From positions 1 through 30,652 of IMG/VR virus record IMGVR_UViG_3300045988_047713: 30,652 nucleotides of DNA; one strand, 5' to 3'. The stretch is from a virus (Duplodnaviria; Heunggongvirae; Uroviricota; Caudoviricetes). Below, piece after piece: positions 26,228 to 30,652 of the stretch. Each line of letters begins with the position of its first letter. The first letter of the stretch is position 1. Under the pieces are notes generated by a model, which had not been told where the DNA came from, made no database searches, and saw only the letters and a program-made list of their open reading frames with translations. The position numbers and the translations under genes are program-made.

Positions 26228-26421
26228 TGGTTCAAACTATTTCTGAATTACTACCCACCGTTTATGGCAACGTGACAGAACTTGCCAGGCGGATTGGGTG
26301 TAACAAAGCGACAGTTTATAAATATATGGATGACACCAATGGTGAATTTCACGCGGTAGTGAATGGTAAGTTGATGGTCAGACCAGGTTTTAAAGGACGT
26401 TATACTCGTGACAAAAGATGA
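26227..26421 (+). CDS. small helix-turn-helix DNA-binding protein (64 aa)
   Basis: TELARRIGCNKATVYKYM resembles an HTH recognition helix pair. Confidence 0.5.
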   Translation: MVQTISELLPTVYGNVTELARRIGCNKATVYKYMDDTNGEFHAVVNGKLMVRPGFKGRYTRDKR

Positions 26422-26551
26422 AAAATTATTACGTGAACTTGAAATAGACTACGAACGAGCGCAAAAAGCGTTAAAGTTTCTGGAAGAACAGATCCGCGAA
26501 GTTAAGAACCGCATTCAGGGAACTGAAAAACGTAATCTTCCACGCCCGTAA
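26408..26551 (+). CDS. small coiled-coil-like peptide (47 aa), GTG start
   Basis: Open frame filling the gap before the terminator; LRELEIDYERAQKALKFLEEQIREVKNRI. Weak. Confidence 0.25.
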   Translation: MTKDEKLLRELEIDYERAQKALKFLEEQIREVKNRIQGTEKRNLPRP

Positions 26552-26555
26552 CACG

Positions 26556-26564
26556 TGATATAAT
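26556..26564 (+). promoter_or_regulatory. extended -10 promoter for the MuF-like gene
   Basis: TG-A-TATAAT (TG 26556-26557, TATAAT 26559-26564); predicted start falls inside the left arm of the adjacent terminator hairpin. Confidence 0.45.
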
Positions 26565-26566
26565 CG

Positions 26567-26594
26567 GCCTCAGTGTGTTAACTGAGGCTTTTTT
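26567..26594 (+). terminator. rho-independent terminator abutting the MuF-like start codon
   Basis: GCCTCAG-N8-CTGAGGC followed by TTTTTT, then ATG at 26595; the right arm contains the GAGG Shine-Dalgarno of the downstream gene. Confidence 0.6.
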
Positions 26595-27554
26595 ATGGCT
26601 ACTAAAGACCCATACCCGGATATTTCAGACAAGTATGACGCTCGCATTCGCGAAGCACTTGATGTTGTGTGGGAAAACGTGCGTCGTAGTGAGTCGTTAG
26701 CTAACCTGGAATACATCATTGAAACTCAGGGTATTACCGGGCTACTCCCCATTCTTGAAACACTCCCTGATGAACTTAGTGCACAGTTGCGCCCGGTTAT
26801 TGAAGACGCGATCGCCGAATCAGGTCGTGTAGTCGTTCAGGTTTTACCGAAAGCGGCTGTGACAGGTCCGGTTGTGTTCAGTCTGGTCACCCCACAGGTC
26901 AGTACATACATCAACAACTATGTCGGACAACTGATCCGTGAAGTCAGTGACGAAACAGTCAAAGCTGTTCAGATTGCTGTTAACCAGGGTGTGGTAACCG
27001 GACGAAATCCGCGTCAGATAGCCCGTGATTTTCGATCATCAATAGGGTTAACCACACGGCAAGAAATGACGGTTCAACGTCTGCGATCAGCACTGGAAAA
27101 AGGTGAAGCAGGTTATATGAACAGTCTGACCACTGTTACAGACAGTGCGAAGAACGCTGTAAGTGCCGGGAAACTATCACAGGCGAAGATTGACCAGATA
27201 ATCGAACAGACACGCTTGCGTTACGTAAAACAGCGTACAGAGACAATAGCGCGTACTGAATCACTTCGTGCTGTATCAGTTGGTCAGGATCAGGCAATAC
27301 GTCAGGGACAGATTACCGGGGCTGTTAGTAATGAATTGCTGAAGCGCTGGTTATATAGAAAGGATGGTCGGACACGTGATGCGCATATTTCCACGGGTGA
27401 AACGAACGGTTGGATACCAATGGACAGACCGTTTTCAACGCCGTTAGGACCACTTATGTTTCCTCGTGATCCTAACGGTAGTGCCGCTAACGTGATTAAT
27501 TGTCGTTGCAGGGTACAGTATAGTTTGCCGGAAGATATAGGTTCATTGGGTTAA
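26595..27554 (+). CDS. head morphogenesis protein, Mu F / SPP1 gp7 family
   Basis: 319 aa; C-terminal region ...NGWIPMDRPF...ANVINCRCRVQY matches the conserved end of MuF-like minor head proteins. Confidence 0.7.
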   Translation: MATKDPYPDISDKYDARIREALDVVWENVRRSESLANLEYIIETQGITGLLPILETLPDELSAQLRPVIEDAIAESGRVVVQVLPKAAVTGPVVFSLVTPQVSTYINNYVGQLIREVSDETVKAVQIAVNQGVVTGRNPRQIARDFRSSIGLTTRQEMTVQRLRSALEKGEAGYMNSLTTVTDSAKNAVSAGKLSQAKIDQIIEQTRLRYVKQRTETIARTESLRAVSVGQDQAIRQGQITGAVSNELLKRWLYRKDGRTRDAHISTGETNGWIPMDRPFSTPLGPLMFPRDPNGSAANVINCRCRVQYSLPEDIGSLG

Positions 27555-27781
27555 TCAGGTTCACGCCAGTCAAGAGGTCGCACATCACATAACAGACGAA
27601 CATTATCTTCAAATTTTATGTTTATCCTGTGATGTGCAGTATCATTTTCATAAACAGAAGGCCATATTTCATAACCCTGAACAGTTCGTGCCACCCACTT
27701 GTTAACGCTTGCCAGATGGATCAACACTTCACAACCAACTGGAGGAAGGTTTTTACCATCCCAAATCTGTTTCATTCCCAT
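27551..27781 (-). CDS. small protein with WDG..LPPVG domain (76 aa)
   Basis: QIWDGKNLPPVGCEV...W parallels QQWDGEGLPPVGTVCEW in the ORF at 23738-24202. Confidence 0.45.
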   Translation of the reverse strand: MGMKQIWDGKNLPPVGCEVLIHLASVNKWVARTVQGYEIWPSVYENDTAHHRINIKFEDNVRLLCDVRPLDWREPD

Positions 27782-27786
27782 AGCGG

Positions 27787-28062
27787 TTACTCCTGTTTTT
27801 CACCACAGAACGGACAATAAGACATTTTGATGTTGGTTCCCAGGCGTGTGAAGTTCTTCGCCAGTTCACCGTTTTTCTTTTTAGCACGGTATGCAAGACG
27901 ATATTTCAACATAACGTGAATTTTACCAGACGTCAGACCGAAACACTGATTATCCCAGCCCACTTTATCAAACAGGTTAGTGCTGACTTCCGAACCTACT
28001 GGTACTTTTTCCATCAGACGTTTTTGAAGTTCGTCACCAATTTTTTTCATACAATCACACAT
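27787..28062 (-). CDS. zinc-ribbon protein (91 aa)
   Basis: N-terminal CDC and C-terminal CPFCG; GAGGT RBS. Confidence 0.5.
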   Translation of the reverse strand: MCDCMKKIGDELQKRLMEKVPVGSEVSTNLFDKVGWDNQCFGLTSGKIHVMLKYRLAYRAKKKNGELAKNFTRLGTNIKMSYCPFCGEKQE

Positions 28063-28223
28063 TACGCGTACCTCGATAGTCGTCTTAATTTAACGATCAA
28101 CCTTGTGACTTTACTCCAGTCAGATTCAGTAAAATCGTCCACATCTTTAGCCCATAACTCATTGACATGTCGTGGGTTATATGGTTCTTTCTTGACAGGC
28201 TGTTTCCGTTTCTTTTTACCCAT
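28062..28223 (-). CDS. small basic protein (53 aa)
   Basis: ATG 28223; MGKKKRKQPVKK...; TAATG overlap with the downstream gene. Not in ORF track. Confidence 0.3.
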   Translation of the reverse strand: MGKKKRKQPVKKEPYNPRHVNELWAKDVDDFTESDWSKVTRLIVKLRRLSRYA

Positions 28224-28226
28224 AGG

Positions 28227-28610
28227 TTATTCCCCAGGGTGACGGATATTCAGATCCGGGAGAATTTGCATCGGGTTAAACGTAACACGATAACGATACT
28301 GATCTGTTGGTGAAGGGTCTATTTGTTCAATGAAATAAGTTACCTCCGTGGTTAACCCCATAAAGTGTTTCTTAACGTCGTTCGGACCAGTTTTACAGGT
28401 GATTTCGATCTCTTTGCTAGTGTTCTCACGGGCACAACGACCTTCGATAGACAAAAGATACTCACCGTTACGAACGTTATAGAAAACGATACGACGATTT
28501 ACTTCAAAGTTAGCTGCAGCGGTTGCAACGTTACGACTGGCAACATCAGCAGCATTATCACAGGCTGTCAAGGTTGTTGTCAGTAATGCACACAGGATCA
28601 GTTTCTTCAT
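28227..28610 (-). CDS. lipoprotein (127 aa)
   Basis: Signal peptide MKKLILCALLTTTLTAC with lipobox LTAC. Confidence 0.6.
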   Translation of the reverse strand: MKKLILCALLTTTLTACDNAADVASRNVATAAANFEVNRRIVFYNVRNGEYLLSIEGRCARENTSKEIEITCKTGPNDVKKHFMGLTTEVTYFIEQIDPSPTDQYRYRVTFNPMQILPDLNIRHPGE

Positions 28611-28625
28611 TTTAGTGTCTCGGAG

Positions 28626-29009
28626 TTATTTAATGATTAATGTTGGTTGTAAGTCTTCTTCGTACCACGTCCAACCAATACACGCACCATCTTCAGCATC
28701 AACATATGGTTTCAACCAATCGATAAATTGTTCAATCTCACCACCATAATTTTTAATATCACTACGACTAAAAACATATTGAGTATCGGTGAAATCAAAT
28801 TTAGGACAACTATTTATTACTTCCGGGTGATGATAAAAACTGCTACAACTACCAATAAAATTCCATCTGGGAAGACTGAAAAACTTATGTTGTGGTAGTT
28901 TCTCTGGTTCTTTTTCACCACAGAACATGTGTGCAATAATAGCTTTCACATCCACGGGTGCATCTACTTTAATCTGACACTTCAACACTAATTCGGTATA
29001 CATTCCCAT
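28626..29009 (-). CDS. hypothetical protein (127 aa)
   Basis: ATG 29009 with GAGGA RBS; the track start at 29084 lies inside promoter copy 10. Confidence 0.5.
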   Translation of the reverse strand: MGMYTELVLKCQIKVDAPVDVKAIIAHMFCGEKEPEKLPQHKFFSLPRWNFIGSCSSFYHHPEVINSCPKFDFTDTQYVFSRSDIKNYGGEIEQFIDWLKPYVDAEDGACIGWTWYEEDLQPTLIIK

Positions 29010-29055
29010 TTTCACATCCTCATTCACCAGCAACCCATTGTCGCTCCCTGTGATA

Positions 29056-29099
29056 AAGATATACCACAGTTTGCAATCCGTCAAGAATTATTTTAAAGA
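29056..29099 (-). promoter_or_regulatory. conserved sigma70-type promoter, copy 10 (minus strand)
   Basis: -35 TTGACG (29084-29079), 17-bp spacer, -10 TATCTT (29061-29056), UP element. Confidence 0.55.
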
Positions 29100-29101
29100 T
29101 A

Positions 29102-29188
29102 CAGCTAATACAGAACGTGTACTAACTGTACATGGTTTTACATAGGTTTCATGATTTTGAGTTGCAGCTAATACACGTTCTGTATTAG
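29102..29188. promoter_or_regulatory. two palindromic operator-like sites (CTAATACA-N5-TGTATTAG family)
   Basis: 29102-29128 (CAGCTAATACAGAACGTGTACTAA) and 29167-29188 (GCTAATACACGTTCTGTATTAG, perfect 8-bp arms); architecture related to the TAGTGCACGTTGTGCATTA sites at 9781-9955. Confidence 0.5.
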
Positions 29189-29200
29189 TAGATCATAAAT

Positions 29201-29310
29201 TCATAGATTTCGTCATGTTTATTTTTTAACCAACCCTTCTCTATCTTATTCTTTTTATTACCTTTTTATAGAAAACATAATAAACATAGATAAATAGAAG
29301 AGTAGTATAA
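29201..29310. repeat. AT-rich intergenic element, copy B of the duplicated sequence
   Basis: About 90 percent identical to 9968-10085 with two small indels. Confidence 0.8.
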
Positions 29311-29382
29311 GTAGTATAAGTTGCTGTAAGTAGGAGAGGTTTAAAAGGTATAGGGGGGTCGCATACTTCCCATGAATCTATA

Positions 29383-29424
29383 CGTAAAATAATTCTTGAC
29401 GGATTACACCGACACAACTACCCT
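29383..29424 (+). promoter_or_regulatory. conserved sigma70-type promoter, copy 11 (plus strand)
   Basis: UP element, -35 TTGACG (29396-29401), 17-bp spacer, -10 TACCCT (29419-29424). Confidence 0.5.
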
Positions 29425-29454
29425 GTGGTTAAGAGAACAAGAAGGGTTGAATGT

Positions 29455-29781
29455 ATGGATCCGAACATCAGAGTTGCTACAGACGAATTCATTCGTCGCG
29501 CCCGTAAAATTCACGGTGATCGTTACGACTACTCATTCAGCATTGTTGAAGATAGTTCCAGCACAGTGGTTATTATTGACCGTGAAACTAACACAGTGTT
29601 TTTCCAGGTTGTCGCTGAACATCTGGACGGTGTTGAACCGGTAACGACTGCTGTTGAACCGATCAAGAATCTTTCTGAGATATTCGGTAACGTCGTAAAC
29701 AGCGTGTATCACCAGTGCATTTATTCATCTGAAATGTTAGAATTTAGTCATGTTGAAACAATACGAGGACAATCCCCGTGA
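29455..29781 (+). CDS. hypothetical protein with degenerate HGD.YDYS-type N-terminal domain (108 aa)
   Basis: ATG 29455 with AAGGG RBS; FIRRARKIHGDRYDYSFS resembles a motif recalled from the N-termini of some phage endonuclease-associated proteins, but the usual Cys/His ligands are absent. Confidence 0.45.
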   Translation: MDPNIRVATDEFIRRARKIHGDRYDYSFSIVEDSSSTVVIIDRETNTVFFQVVAEHLDGVEPVTTAVEPIKNLSEIFGNVVNSVYHQCIYSSEMLEFSHVETIRGQSP

Positions 29782-30188
29782 TTAACGTAAAAGTTAATAA
29801 GGTTGACAACTCACTACGTATGGTATTCGGTTGGGGTAGTATCTGTAAAAAACGTAATCAGGAGACAGGCCAGTTAGAAATTTACACAGACACGGACAAC
29901 GAGCAATTTCCCGAGGATGTCACTCTGAAAGCATGGTTGGATTTCATGAATTCTGATCAGCGCATCATGGACAATATGCACAATGAACAACCTGTTGGGA
30001 AAGTTGTGTTTGCGTTTCCGATGACTGAAGACATTGCGGCAAGTTTTGGGCTGGTTGATAAACTGGATCAGACAGGCGTCATTGTTGGTACGTTGATAAC
30101 TGATGACGAAGTTTTGAAAAAGTTTCAGACTGGTGAATATACGGGATATAGTATCGGTGGAACTGCATATTATGAGGATGTGGAATAA
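29778..30188 (+). CDS. hypothetical head-assembly-associated protein (136 aa)
   Basis: ORF track; ATGA coupling; position in the head gene block. Confidence 0.5.
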   Translation: MINVKVNKVDNSLRMVFGWGSICKKRNQETGQLEIYTDTDNEQFPEDVTLKAWLDFMNSDQRIMDNMHNEQPVGKVVFAFPMTEDIAASFGLVDKLDQTGVIVGTLITDDEVLKKFQTGEYTGYSIGGTAYYEDVE

Positions 30189-30652
30189 TGCGTACAGATG
30201 GTACTAATCATTTACGCCGCGCTAAATCGATGAAGATCGGTTTTCTGTCCGGCGTGACAAAACCTGCTCACGAGGGAGCAAATGCTCTTGTTCTTAAATC
30301 ACATTCAGAACCGCCTGCTGTTGTTCTTTTAAAGTCAACATTTAGTGCAGCACTGGCTGAAAAAGAACTTGAACAGAAAGTTCGTGATTTCCTCTCTAAT
30401 TCGTGGATGTTGAACGATGCGCTTTATGAAGCAGCAGAGGATATTGCAAAAGATGATTCTGTTACCGATAAACAAGCAGCATTGCGTGACGCGGTAAATG
30501 AATATATTATAACGTTGCAACAGGCCGCTGGTATTTCGATGAATAAAGCGAAAGGTGGTAAAACTGAAGGCGGTGAAGTTTTCCCGGCATCTGATTATGC
30601 ATATGTACCAGATCCAGAAAAACCTTCAACCTGGAAACTTCGTTTAACAGCT
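30188..30652 (+). CDS. hypothetical head-assembly protein, 5' part only (runs off the window end)
   Basis: ATG 30188 in TAATG overlap; frame open to position 30652; FPASDYAYVPDPEKPSTWKLRL resembles motifs seen in phage scaffold/head proteins. Confidence 0.45.
   Translation, partial: MRTDGTNHLRRAKSMKIGFLSGVTKPAHEGANALVLKSHSEPPAVVLLKSTFSAALAEKELEQKVRDFLSNSWMLNDALYEAAEDIAKDDSVTDKQAALRDAVNEYIITLQQAAGISMNKAKGGKTEGGEVFPASDYAYVPDPEKPSTWKLRLTA

Noticed and set aside
26227-26421. Lysogeny repressor or excisionase call for the small HTH protein
   Set aside because: No integrase, attachment site or CI-like peptidase domain in the window; an isolated 64-aa HTH is insufficient evidence for a lysogeny module.
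29396-29644. ORF 29396-29644 from the six-frame track
   Set aside because: It starts inside the -35 of promoter copy 11 and overlaps, out of frame, the better-supported gene beginning at 29455.

Overview
The window reads as part of a tailed dsDNA bacteriophage genome (Caudoviricetes), probably a virulent enterobacterial phage: no integrase, repressor/immunity module, tRNA or CRISPR array was found. Genes are tightly packed with many ATGA/TAATG start-stop overlaps. Content, left to right: a replication/recombination block (Cas4-like nuclease fragment, SF2 helicase, DEDDh exonuclease, VRR-NUC-like nuclease, PrimPol-D5 primase-helicase); a promoter-driven accessory operon with a minimal C5-cytosine-methyltransferase-like protein and a SLOG/DUF2493-like protein; a repeat-containing HTH-like protein beside an array of palindromic operator/iteron sites and an AT-rich tract; TerS; a minus-strand cassette carrying an RdgC homolog; TerL; a cassette encoding Gly/Cys-rich, His-rich and Cys-rich proteins; a candidate portal; a minus-strand cassette with dUTPase; a MuF-like head morphogenesis gene; a minus-strand cassette with a lipoprotein; and head-assembly genes running off the end. 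The packaging and head genes are therefore interleaved with small accessory cassettes, each with its own promoter and terminator. A conserved ~27-bp sigma70-type promoter (TTGACG/A -35 with AT-rich UP element) occurs 11 times. All calls rest on manual reading of motifs and the supplied ORF track; no database search was run, so family assignments are recollection-based hypotheses.
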